From Callorhinchus milii (lineage: Eukaryota), in the NCBI RefSeq assembly GCF_018977255.1, contig NW_024704742.1, forward strand, positions 47,432,001-47,496,000: a stretch of 64,000 nucleotides of DNA, in the 5' to 3' direction. Positions 1-11,684 of the stretch are shown here, piece by piece. How positions within the stretch are numbered: position 1 is the first letter of the stretch; every line of letters begins with the position of its first letter. A program made the translations under genes and the position numbers. A model generated the notes under the pieces. The model had not been told where the DNA came from and searched no databases. It was given only the letters and a program-made list of their open reading frames with translations.

Positions 1-272
1 TGAGACACCTGGGTTCAATTCCAGGAAGGGCGAAACCTTGGGCAAGTTTGCTTACTCCACACGCCTAATAATAATCCCTCCAAAAAACAAAACAATAATA
101 AATTGGTCATTTTCAATCCACGATTGTTTGTGGGACACTGATGTGCACAATTGGCTGCCGCTTTTCGCTCACAAATATACGGTCAATTCACTTTACAGTA
201 TATTCTGTGAAGCACTTTGAGACGTCTAGAAGACATGAAAAGCGCTATATCAAATGCAAGGATTTTATTATT
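1..272 (+). mobile_element. tRNA-Ala-derived SINE, short variant (cut by window start)
   Basis: B box GGTTCAATTCC, body tgtttgtgggacactg...aattggctgcc, L2-like tail and ATT repeats. Confidence 0.9.
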
Positions 273-344
273 AAAAAGTAGTGACTGTATTTGTGGGCAA
301 ACAGGGCAGACAGTATGTACACAGGCATACGAGTGAATAACCAA

Positions 345-580
345 TTTTATCTTGGGAGCTGTTGACCTGGATCCCAGGAGATACTCCCTTCTCTTTTTGA
401 ATAGTGCTGTGGGATCTTCAATGTCCACCTGAACAAGCAGATGGGACTTCAGTTTAATATCTTATCCGAAGTACAGCATCTCCAACATTGCAGCACTTCA
501 TCACTACTGAATCGGAGTGTCAGTCTATCTGTGAATTCAAAGTCCCTTAGTGTGGTGGGTCTCACACCCAATGAGACCTG
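345..580 (-). mobile_element. Older DeuSINE-like fragment
   Basis: Reverse complement of the tgttcaggtggac-ttaaagatccc-gcactatt core seen at 54250-54300. Confidence 0.7.
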
Positions 581-1266
581 GGTTGAAAATGTTCAAACTC
601 ACTTCCTTATATCAGTAAAATCACCTCACTTTACAGCCTGAGCAATGTGGGTATTAAAATACAGAGATATTCAATTTAGACTCTTCCCTGTAAAACAACA
701 AGAATCATTCTCCGGTAGAAAGTTTTAAAAGACATATAGCAAATCTATTTTATAATAATATTCCTTGCATTTGATACAGCCCCTTCAAATTGGGAGGGTG
801 TTGCAAAGTACTTCACAGGATATACTGGAAAGCCTAGTGACTGTGTATTTTGTACACAAGCTATTCATTTATTTGAGAGAGAATCTTTCAGCATGTACAA
901 CCCAACACAATCATTAAAGAAAAGGTACATTAATCAGTCATTAACACATTAAATGTGTTTATTTATTTGTTTATGTGTTGCTAACAAAACAATCCTCAAA
1001 TAGCAAACCTGCACATCTCTGCTCTTTGCCTGTGCACACGGCTCTCAAGAGAAATTGCAGTGTAGGAGAAAGCCATTCAGACCATTGAGCCTAAATTGGT
1101 GCTGGCTGATCCATTGGAGATAAATACTTGAATCCCAATTTGCTGCTCTTTCCCCATATTTTGTGCTCTTATCACATATTCTCTTTCTTTGAAATTCCAT
1201 TTTTTTCCTTGTCTGTATTACGTGTGCGCCTGCATTCACAACAAGAAACTAGGTCCCATAAATACA

Positions 1267-1580
1267 AATAATAATAATAATCCTTGCATTCTTATCACAT
1301 CGAGATGTCTCAAAGCGCTCCACAGAATATACTGTAAAGTGAATTGATTGTGTATTTGGGGGCGAAACACAGCAGCCAATTGCGCACAGCACTGTCCCAC
1401 AAACAGTCATGGATTGAATGACCAAATTATTATCATTTTTTTCTGATGGGATTATTATCCCCGGAAAAGCCAATCGACTAGCACCCAGGTTCCTACTTAC
1501 TGCTAGGTAAACAGAGGCGTGTGGTTTAAGTAAAACGTTTTGCGCCCCCTCCCCCAGGAATCAAACGCAGGTCCTCTCGA
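1267..1580 (-). mobile_element. tRNA-Ala SINE, long variant, degraded head
   Basis: Reverse complement of the family body, including the extra internal segment. Confidence 0.85.
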
Positions 1581-1629
1581 ATGATCATGTATGATCCATA
1601 TATTGTATGATTTAATATTAAAATATTAA

Positions 1630-1936
1630 GTAGCTCAGTGGTTAGTGCACTCGCCTTGCAAGCGAGAGACCTGGGTTGGATTCCCGGCATGGCGAAACTT
1701 TGGGCAAGTTTCCTTACTCCATGCACCTGATAATAATCCCTCAAGAAAAAAAACAATAAAATTGGTCACTTCAATCCACGACTGTTTGTGGGACATTGCT
1801 GTGCGCAATTGGCTGCCGCGTTTCACCCACAAAATATACAGTCAATTCACTTTACAGTATATTCTGTGAAGCGCTTTGAGACATCGAGAAGACGTGAAGA
1901 AGTGCGATATCAAATGCAAGGACTATTATTATTATT
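1630..1936 (+). mobile_element. tRNA-Ala SINE, near full length, short variant
   Basis: A box TAGCTCAGTGG, anticodon arm CTCGC-CTTGCAA-GCGAG, body and (ATT)n tail. Confidence 0.92.
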
Positions 1937-2509
1937 AAAATGTGTTTTGTTGAATCTTACATTTCTTGACCATAATTGACGATGACAGTACTTTCCGAAC
2001 TGACCCAACCTACAGTTCCCAGTGTTGATGAGTCGCTGTTTGCTCTGTTGGCAATCTTCTAGTCTTGCTTAGCACAAAAAAAAATCTTGGCAGATTTCCA
2101 TCAACAGCTCCAGTCTTTTAACTTAACGTTTCTGCAAAACCTCAATAGCCTCTCAATGAACCTGCTGGCTTAAAGCTTCTCTGCATTATCTGGCTCAAAC
2201 AGGATTTCCAAGCACAAAAGGAGACGACTGGCCACTTTCATAGCCTCCCACTTCCTACACACATGTTGTTCTGTCCTGATAAACAGTCTCTGCAGCTTTA
2301 CAGATCCACTGTAAAATCTTCTTTACAGTATGTCATCCAAACCCCTCTGTGAAATGAGAAGGGCTCATTCTCAGATGGAATAACGAATGCAAAGAAATGC
2401 ATCTGTCATGTTCCTCTATCTGAATAACCCATCTATTATTATACGTCGTACTAAATGGCCTCAGGAAGGTTTCTGAGCCAAGTCAGGAGTGTTGTCCAGA
2501 GGGTTGGTC

Positions 2510-2749
2510 ACAACTCCACCCTCCACACTATGGGTCCGCCCTGAATGAGTCTGATCATATGATCCTAAAAGGTATTGGCAGAGCTCAGAGAGAGAGAGAT
2601 TCACATTACATTCTGAAAGAGAGAGAGAGAGAAAGAAAGAAAGAAAGAGAGGAGAGGAGAGGAGAGGAAGCAGAGAGTGTGAATTGAAATCAAGGGCCAC
2701 AGTGGGGGAATGTAAAGGCCCTGTTTTGCCAAGTTTGGGAAGAGTAAGT
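2510..2749 (+). promoter_or_regulatory. Candidate distal promoter and non-coding first exon
   Basis: CCACCC (2516-2521), CCGCCC (2536-2541), inverted CCAAT (ATTGG 2574-2578), purine-repeat tract, then donor AGA|GTAAGT at 2744. Confidence 0.4.
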
Positions 2750-3035
2750 TTTTTAAATCACTTGTTTATATTTTGCAGTCTGTCATTTTACAATGTTTCC
2801 AGTGACACACACACACACACACATACACACACACACACTGTGCTCTTGAACTATTTTCATGACCTGCTGTTGCAATTCGTTGAATGAGGGGTTATTCTTG
2901 GTCATTTTGTTTCAAAAAACATGTTTTTGTTCCTGCTTTGCTTTAGATGCAATCTGCTTCTGTTTACTCTCTCTGAGTTAAGGTCTGAGTGTGTCAGTCT
3001 GTCTGTCTGTCTGTGTGTCTGTGTGTGTGTGTCTC
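2587..3035. repeat. Microsatellite cluster: (GA)n/(GAAA)n/(GGAGA)n, (CA)n at about 2805-2838, (GTCT)n/(GT)n at about 2996-3032
   Basis: Directly visible. Confidence 0.95.
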
Positions 3036-3914
3036 TCTGTTGCTCTGCTTTACACATTTTTCTCCTTCTCTTCCTCTCAGAGCTTTGTATTATTATGTTC
3101 TGATCCCTTTAACTTTCCAAAAATGGCCCACATATGATTCTGTATACTGTGGTACTGCTGTTGCATAATGTGTGAGTTTCTGGACTGTTTACTCATCTGC
3201 TACTGCACTGGTGTCTTGAGTGGTTTGCTTTTCCTTAGTAACAGTCCCCTCACAAAGAGCAGTGGGAAAAGTTTAAACAGTCTACTTGGCAGATTGCTAG
3301 TTTACTGCACTTGCTGAAGACGATATGGAAAACTTTTTGAATCAAAAATATGATGTGCCGAATCTTACAGAAAGCCAATGATTGTTCAAATAGATGTTCA
3401 CTGACCCCCCCCCCCCCACCACCACGAATAGCCTCAAGAGTTTGATTTTATAGTTCAGCAGTGATAATGTCGTTTGGGCTGCGATATGAAAATAATCTAT
3501 CCGGGACGAAGAATAGGATTAAATAATATATTGGAAATTTTCTCGTTATGAAAGCAAACTGGTAAAAAGTATTTATTCTTTCCTGAACAAATTAAGTACA
3601 TTTCCGCTGGGAAATAATTCCTCAGGATAGATCCAATATATAGTTTGGGACATGATATGTGCATGCCACTTCCAGCATGGTGGAAGGCAAACTGGATGGA
3701 ACTTGGTCTTCTTTCGCCGAGCAAATTTTTATGTTGCTTGTGGATAGCTGTTGGATTGTGACGTGGATGACAATAGTGGGCAGATGTGCGGAAAAGTTAC
3801 ATAGGCATATGGGGAGTCTGAGTGAAGTTGTAGTTGAAGATGATAATCATTGCATTGGCTATAGTGCTTTATCACATTGAAACATCTCAAAGTGCTTCAT
3901 GGACTTTGACAAGC

Positions 3915-4101
3915 AACAAAACAATAATAAATTGGTCATTTTCAATCCATGACTGTTTGTGGGACACTGCTGTGCACAATTGGCTGGTGCGTTTGCCCAC
4001 AAATATACAGTCAATTCACTTTACAGTCTATTCTGTGAAGAGCCTTGGGACGTCTAGAAGATGTGAAAAGCACTATATCAAATGCAAGAATTATTATTAT
4101 A
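3915..4101 (+). mobile_element. tRNA-Ala SINE 3' half
   Basis: Family body and tail without head. Confidence 0.88.
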
Positions 4102-4974
4102 TAAACATCCAGTGGAGTGGGGTTAGGGACCCACATAAGGAAATGCAGTTCGGTTCACTGATGTGGTTTGCTTTATTTAAAAAAAGATGAAATTGAAACA
4201 ATCATTCTTGGATACATACTCTTTGATATTTTAATCTCGACGATTTCCTGATTTGATCAGAGGTGAAATGTTTCATCCTATGCTTGGTGACGTTATCGCA
4301 ATAATAATCTTTGCATTTTGATGTATTGGCTTAACATATTGTTTACAGGATTTCTTTACTGTGAAGCGTAATGGCTCTGTATTTGGTTGCAGGTGAACAA
4401 TCTGCAATGATCCTAGATGATCTTTGCTAAGGAAACGTTTTGTATGTGAAAGGAACCTTTACTTGAACAGGTTGCAGTAATTCCACTTGACCTCAGGCAA
4501 TGAACTCAAAGCAAAAGCTTCAGGGTGATGCTGAGTTGGCTAACAGTGTGAAGTTTTTCTGGTGGGGCTAGTGTGAGCAGATACTGCCTGCCAACACCTC
4601 TACGCTCTTAAAGGCACAGTACTCCCCTTTACTTATTTGACTTGCAAATGTTTTCTCTTTTTTTAAAAAAAAGTGATTCATATTTACTTGTCAGCCCAAA
4701 GTACACTGTGATCTTAAATAACATCAGAAAATTACAGCATTTGCATGAGCAAGATGGGTCACTGATTCAGGCATGACACTTCATTATCAGGTATAACACT
4801 TCATAAGCTCAAATAAAATCTCCGATCAGAAATGTTCACTCATTGTTCTCTTTCATAACGCATTTGAGTAGGTGAAGATTCCCAGCAGTTTCTGTTGTAA
4901 TTTACTGGTTCAGTATTTCTCTTGATATGGTATTTCCACTGTTACCAGTGTTTGTTATTCCCTTGTATAAAAAA

Positions 4975-5456
4975 TAATAATTTGGTCACTCAATCACGTC
5001 TGTTTGTGGGGCACCACTGTGTGCAATTGGCTGCCGTGTTTCGCCCACAAAATATACAATCAATTCACTTTATGGTATATTCTGATAAGCGCTTTGAGAC
5101 GTTTAATAAATAATAATCCTTGCATTTGATATAGCGCTTTTCACGTCTTCTCGACGTCTCAAAGCACTTCACAGAATAAACTGTAAAGTGAATTGACTGT
5201 ATATTTGTGGGCAAAACGGGGCAGCCAATTGTGCACAGCAATGTCCCACAAACAGTCATGGATTGAAATAACCAATTTATTATTGTTTTGTTTTGGAGGG
5301 ATTATTATTAGGCGTGTGGAGTAAGGAAACTTGCCCAAGGTTTTGCCCTGCCTGGAATTGAACCCAGGTGTCTCGCTTGCAAGGCGAGTGCTCTAACCAC
5401 TGAGCTACAAGACTCCACGTGATGAGGCACTGTATTAAATGCAAAGATTATTATTA
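4975..5456. mobile_element. Nested SINEs: + strand 3' fragment (4975-5105, resuming about 5418-5456) interrupted by a full-length - strand copy (5108-5417)
   Basis: Host tail breaks at gcgctttgagacgt and resumes with gtgatgaggcactgtattaaatgcaa after the head of the inserted copy. Confidence 0.88.
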
Positions 5457-5574
5457 GTCACTCATAAATGCTTTTTCAAATGTAACTTCTGCAAAAATTG
5501 TTTATAACAACAACAACAAAATTACATTTATAGAGCGCCTTTCATGTCGAAAGGACATCCCAAGGTATTTATGA

Positions 5575-5821
5575 TAATGATAATCCTTGCATTTGATATA
5601 GAGGTTTTCACATCTTCTAGAAGTCTCAAAGCGCTTCACAGAATATACTGTAAAGTGAATTGACCGTATATTTGTGGGCGAAACACGGCAGCCAATTGCG
5701 CACAGCAGTGTCCCACAAACAGTCGTGGATTGAAAATGACCAATTTATTATTCTTTGTTTTGGAGGGATTATTATTAGGAGTGTGGAGTAAAGAAACTTG
5801 CCTAAGGTTTCGCCCTGCCTG
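5575..5821 (-). mobile_element. tRNA-Ala SINE, 5' truncated
   Basis: Reverse complement of family body and tail. Confidence 0.9.
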
Positions 5822-7578
5822 TTTACCGTACGACTCTCAATTTAAGTGCTTTAAAGGAAAAGTAGTTCAGTAATAACATTCCTTATAGAGTGCTCGGAGT
5901 TTAATATACATACTTTCAAACCAAAAATCCATGTGATGTTGCTGACATTGCTGACGTGATGTTTTATTGGAAGATTTACAATCCAGAAAATCTTAAATCC
6001 TAAATTAACAAAGTTTAGCAACCAAAAAAAAATGCTAGGATTTTTGCTGACTTTCCCAGTTTAGGATTACAATGGAAGCCTCGAGCTAATTTCATGCAGG
6101 TCGGGGGTCGTAACGAATCCTCTTGTGAATAAACCCACCTTAAGATCCAATGGAGTTGTGAAAAATTGTTTGGCAAACTTACTCATTGGGAGAGAGAACA
6201 GCCGACCATCATTTTCATTCAGGGTTTTAACAATAAGAAAAACTTGCATTTGATTAGAGTACCTTATCACTTCGCTGATACAGAATATACTGAGACATTT
6301 GGGGTTTGCCAGACAGTGATTCGTGAAGAGTGCACCCTTTAACACTGTGACACAGCTTGTCACAATGCATTTGTTACATTTCATATTATTGCATTGTATG
6401 TTGGCAAACAAATGAAAAATGTTTGCCAGACATTTTTATTAATGGAGACATTGCTCCTTTAACCCATGCTCTTAGGAGTAATATTATAACTATAATAGTT
6501 CTCTTTTTAAAAAAATTGAGTGCTGAACTATCACTTCAGACTTCAAAGGTTTAATCATGTATTGATTCAGATTTTTCGCCCATAATTTAATCTCATATTG
6601 GCGCAGTTATCAATCTTGTAACAGTTCTGCGTCCAAATCCTCCCCAATTGTCAGAGAGCACGACTTGGTAGATTTGCACTGACTGAAATTGACAGATCCA
6701 CTGTTGGAATAAAAGGGGCAGCACTGCTTTAAATTATCTCAAGTGGAATCTATTCCATCATGTTAGGCACCACATCTCGGTTTACAGCTGCAGGGTTGAA
6801 AATTAGCCTTTCAACAACAGGAGTACAATTCAGCTGAAAAAGGTCTGGGTCCGAGAGGCATTTAAGGAGAAAGTCGAGCTGTCCTGTCCCAGGGTCATGA
6901 ATCATTATTGTCTAACTGGTGATAATGTACTGTTTCTATTTGGAAAAAGGTTTACGAAAGAGAGCTCAGTTTATGATCGAATGTGGCACAATCAGGGTGT
7001 GTCCGATTTCAAAGAATTTTAAATAAATAACTTTTGCACTTGTTATCGCGCCTTGACACTTTGAGGCGTCTGAAAGTTTCACACAATAAATTTAGTTTAG
7101 AAAAAACAACTGAAAGAATTAACTGCAAACATGACATAGGTGACAATAATCCTTGCATTTGATGTAACGCCTTTCACATCGGGAGGACTTGACAGGATTT
7201 ACTGTAAAGTGCAGTGATTGTGTCATTTGTAGGTAAACAAAGGGAGAAAAGGGAGGCATGATTTCATACATACGTGAAAATTTAACATTGCCTTTACTTC
7301 TGCTATTTATTTCAGTAAAATGTAAAACTTATCTGCCACCTCCTTTTTTTTAATTCTGTTTTCTCGTCCCATCACCTTGTACCACCCTGTGCTTGTCAGC
7401 AGAGTGAGACGATAACAACAACAACTTGCATTTACATAGCGCTGTACCACTGTGACCACAGCACACTAAATGTAAATGATGATAATGAACTCTGGTACAT
7501 TACTGGGTACATTCCAGACCATGTGTAAGTCGTAACAGGGTTCACCCATGGAATCAATACAACTGTGTGTCTATCTGG

Positions 7579-7990
7579 CTCTCACCTCTGAGTCAGAAGG
7601 TTGTGAGTTTAAGCCCCAGTCGGGACACAAACTCGCGTAGTCTAAGATGACACTTCAGTCCAGTGCAGGGATGTGTTGCATTTTTGGAGGTACCATCCTT
7701 TGGATGAGATGTTAAACCGAGGTCCTGTCTACAGGTCAGTTGGATGTTAAAGATCCCAAGGCACTATTCGAAAAGAGACGGAAGTTTCTGCCCGGGTCCT
7801 GTCGCAACAATCCCTCACCCCCAAATAAAATAATTCATTTGTTTTCTGGTTGTTTGTGGGACATTGCTATGTGCAGTTGGGCTACTGCATTCATCAATAA
7901 ATGCACAGCCAATCCACTTCACAGTAAGTCCTGGTATTTGGTATAGTGCTTCCTGACATGAAATACCAAATGCAAGAATTAATATTATTA
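7579..7990 (+). mobile_element. Older DeuSINE-like element
   Basis: Head ctctgagtcagaaggttgtg, core ttggatgagatgttaaaccgagg...gatcccaaggcactattcg, tgtttgtgggacattgct, L2-like tail. Confidence 0.8.
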
Positions 7991-9219
7991 TTGTTGATGA
8001 AATATTTCTGTATCACATTAATCATCTTTGCCTTTGCTATAGCAACTATATTGTTGACATATTTAAAAATGTTTCGCAGGTCAATGCTGTCGTGACTGTA
8101 AGAAAGACGTTCCCACGTCACACTCTGGCACCTCCCTGTCGCTGATCTTCTCGTACTCCATTCCTCTGCTTGCTCCTTCTGGTTGGCTAACTTGGACCTG
8201 CTGCATGTCCCCCCACCCCTTCCGCACCAACATTGGTGAATGAGACTTCAGTCTCCACACCTGTAACCTCTGGATCTCCCTGCTTCTACCCATCTGCCTC
8301 ACTCTCTGTTTAAATCTTACCTAAAACCTACCTCTTCAACTGTACCTTTAGTCACTTCCCTCTCCCACATTCCCAACTTGGTATCTGACTCAACCTCTCC
8401 GAAGCGTTCCGAGATATTATCCTACATAAAGGACGTAGTATAAATGTAAGTTGTTGTTATTGTTCACAGATTCTGAATGCTTAACTCTCTTGGAAAGAGG
8501 TTTTGTGGTTTAGTGCTGAACCATATCTAAGAACACTTAGCTTTTCACTGGTGTGAATGGGTATGACTGAATGAGGCTTGTCCTTGAGCAGTGAATCCCA
8601 TTAAAAAGAATGGAGCAACCGTAACCAATTTGACTGTCGGAGAATATCAGTGTGTGCACAGCATTGAATCATTTAATTCAGTTACTGCCTAATATGATAA
8701 TGCTGAACCTTTTTTTATTGCCAACATGAGGATGTAAATTGTGGTGTTTTCATAAATGTATTAATTGTGACTGAATACGTTATGAAATGTCACAAATTTA
8801 CACCCAGTGTACTACCATTGCCAAATTCACCCATTCTTTGTGGTGGTCAACATGTTTGTAAAATTAACACGTTTTAAACAGTAGTGACTTGACCGATGCA
8901 ACGCCTAAAATGTGTGAAACATTAGAACAACATGTCGCACTGTAAATTTAGCAGGTAAACCACTTTCACTTTGTAAAATTCTGAAAACATTGCACAAAAC
9001 AAAAATTTCCATAATTTCACTGTAGGGTTTTTCTAGCAGCCACTTGTTGTTTGGAGAAATTATAGATATTCTTGACTGGAATTATTTGTAATCAAAGATT
9101 GGGGGTGGGGGGGTGGGACACTTGCCGGGGCTTTTTGACTTTGCCAGCTGGGCTCTTATAGAACCTGTGGGATTAATAGTGTAAGAGCCATGAGGATTGA
9201 ATTAATGGCAGAGCCCAGC

Positions 9220-9575
9220 AAATTTGCATTTATATAGAGCCTTTCACATAGGATGATGTCCCAAGACGTTCAGGATAGTTCAGGGTTTGCATCCAAGGTG
9301 GGGTGGGAAAGATGACCAAAGGTCAAAGAGGAAGTCCTTGAGACGGAACTTGAAGGAGGCAAGCGAAGGGGCGAGTCATAGGAAATCCAGGATGGGGATT
9401 TTAGATGGTGAGAGGCAGAAATACCAAAGGCCCAAGCACTGATGGTGGGGCAGGCAGGACAGGGGACGTGAAGCAGGCCAGTGCCCATGGAACGGAGGGT
9501 GAAGGCGGGTTTATACGGTTTGAGAAGGTCACAGAGGTAAGGTGGGACAAGACCATCGAGGGATTTCAAGGTGAG
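9220..9575 (-). mobile_element. L2 LINE 3' fragment
   Basis: Minus-strand translation KSLDGLVPPYLCDLLKPYKPAFTLRS resembles the C-terminus of the L2 copies in this window; tail at 9225-9268. Confidence 0.75.
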
Positions 9576-10277
9576 TTTAATAATGAATAGGAAAAGCAGC
9601 ACCTCAGCTGACAATTCTTATGCACCAAAGTCATTCAGCCTTCATCCAAACGCTTTCAATGAGGTTTAAATGTAATATTTAAAAACTAAATACATGGCCT
9701 TAACTGTAACTTCCAGTTTACAAATATCATATTGCGAAATTCGGGGCTGGTAAACTGTGAATCCCAAGCCGACAAAGTTGAGGAGGATGAGTCAAACTCT
9801 AGCCACATGTTTGCTATTTTGTTTATTGGCCTTATTACGGTCTTTGCTAATTTAGGATTCGCTATCAATGATTTGTAAACTGGAAGCTGCAATTAATGAA
9901 ACAATTCCAGTTTGTAAATATTATGTTTTAGTCCCTGCTTTAAAAAAAAGTCTCATAAAATAAGTATTCCTATAAATTGATGTTAGAGTAATGAATGATT
10001 ATATCTGCCAGAGACTGATTCCGCCTTATACTGTAGGTGACATTGTGTATAGTGGAAATGTGTTGATTCAATTCAGACAGCCTGATATGAAAAATGGCCC
10101 ATCCCTTTAAAGGCAGAAAGGCCCATGTCTGAACGGGATCTTAGTTTGCTGGTTTATCTCCTCTGTATTCGCAATGCCATTTTGGAACTTAAGCCAAAAA
10201 TATTGCACGCTAATGTTGCCAGCCAGAAGGGAATAACTTGGCAAATCAGCAGCAGTACTGAGGTAGTCGGCCGGGAC

Positions 10278-10324
10278 ATGTGTCTGGTGGAGGGAGCCAG
10301 CATCTGTGTTCCCCAGCGGTCTGG
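10278..10324 (+). CDS. Candidate upstream first coding exon (MCLVEGASICVPQRSG) of an N-terminally extended isoform
   Basis: gacATG at 10278 and consensus donor GG|GTGAGT at 10325. In frame with 11647-11684 and the exon starting 29524. No homology support. Confidence 0.3.
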
Positions 10325-11045
10325 GTGAGTAGGTTCTTTGTCTGCTTACACTTCAGGCTGTTAGTTACAGACACTCCCAATCCAAATATTGTATAAAGTC
10401 TTAAAGTTGTATCAACGCGTGAAGTTTCAGGTAGGCTCTTTGCAGTTTTCTATACTCAACTTGCTACCCTATTAAAAATACTGTAGCTACTCTGTATCTA
10501 CCATGGATGTCCACAGCACAATGTAAATGTTAGATGAAGGAATCAATCTATGGCTGATCTAGCAATCGACATTTGCTCTGTTTCTGCAACAGGAGTTTAA
10601 CCCGTTGTTATGGAGAAGAATCAAACTTTAAGGAGTGTCATATAGCTCCTGCCATCCTCTAATACGTCAGGACTATTATTGCTGCAGTTGTGCCTTGCTG
10701 TTGCGTAATACTTTTGGATCAGCTGATCTGCTTATGTGGTGAAAGGTTAAAAAACATTCTTCTGGGAAGGCAGTAGACCCAGATTGTGTTGGTAAATACA
10801 GGATGGAATTTTAGATAGCTTTCGACAAAGAAATTGAGGTGGATTAGGTAGGGAGAGTCATATAGGATTGTTATTACTCTGGGACCAAGACCAAAGCACC
10901 AGGACAATGGTCTCTTCTGATCCTTTATGTTCCTATGTTTAAACTTGGATTTCGAAAGACTTCTTCTCAGTTTCTCAGTGACTGAACAAACTGCATCGAT
11001 CTCGGTTAGTGTACGAATGGCAAGCAGCCTGTAGCATTTCAACAA

Positions 11046-11382
11046 CCCCCACCCCCGCCCACACGCCCCCACCGACCCAGCTGCCCATGTAAATAAGGCT
11101 GTCGAGAATGTGTAAAGGCCTCTCCCTGGTTTCACTCCACCTCAGCTATAGCCAGGGCTGCTTCCTGCTCTTTGTTTCAAGGCTGAGGTTTGCGTCATAC
11201 ATTCCAAGTGCTATTTCAATGTTCTTTCCTGTTTAGGTTGTTTTCGACCAGAGGAGCTGCAGCCCTGGCCCCAGCCCCAGCCCCAGCCCAACCCCTCCCG
11301 CGCAGACATTGACTGTTGACACATACCACGCTCTGTGTCTGTGTGTCCTGTCAGGAAAGATAAAAGCTCCACACCACAGATG
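11046..11382. promoter_or_regulatory. Candidate enhancer or alternative promoter: KLF/Sp site cluster plus ETS-GATA-KLF-RUNX-E-box cluster
   Basis: Overlapping CCCACCC, CCGCCC and CACGCCC at 11046-11073; (CCCCAG)n near 11269-11286; AGGAA 11353, AGATAA 11358, CCACACC 11369, ACCACA 11373, CAGATG 11377. Confidence 0.35.
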
Positions 11383-11646
11383 ATCTGTAATCGCTTTAAA
11401 CTGATTACAGTATTAAAATAGCACGATGCTAATTAATGTACCTTAACATAAAAATCAGTGTATTTTGTCTTCAGAGAACGGAAGAAGATGTCACAGATCA
11501 ATCTAGTTATTGTGAGTTACAATGCTGAGATTCAAAGTTCTTGGAAAACTTAATGCAACTTTACTTTTAAAATCTTTATTTCTTTTTAAAAAAAGCTGTT
11601 TGTATTGAAATGAATAATTATAGTATTTTCCTCTGTCTTTCTATAG

Positions 11647-11684
11647 GAGTAAGCTGTCACCTGGGAAAGGGAAGACCAGCCGAG
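11647..11684 (+). other. Candidate small upstream exon (5' UTR or coding SKLSPGKGKTSR)
   Basis: Strong acceptor ttttcctctgtctttctatag|; donor GAG|GTAAAT at 11685; alternative donor TGG|GTAAGC at 11698. Confidence 0.4.

Noticed and set aside
38..220. Recurrent short ORFs such as MGKF.YST and [11 protein letters not shown] as a peptide family
   Set aside because: They are translations of the same SINE in different copies and frames.
10719..11135. 138-aa minus-strand ORF
   Set aside because: Non-ATG start, no domain similarity; overlaps the G/C-rich regulatory patch.
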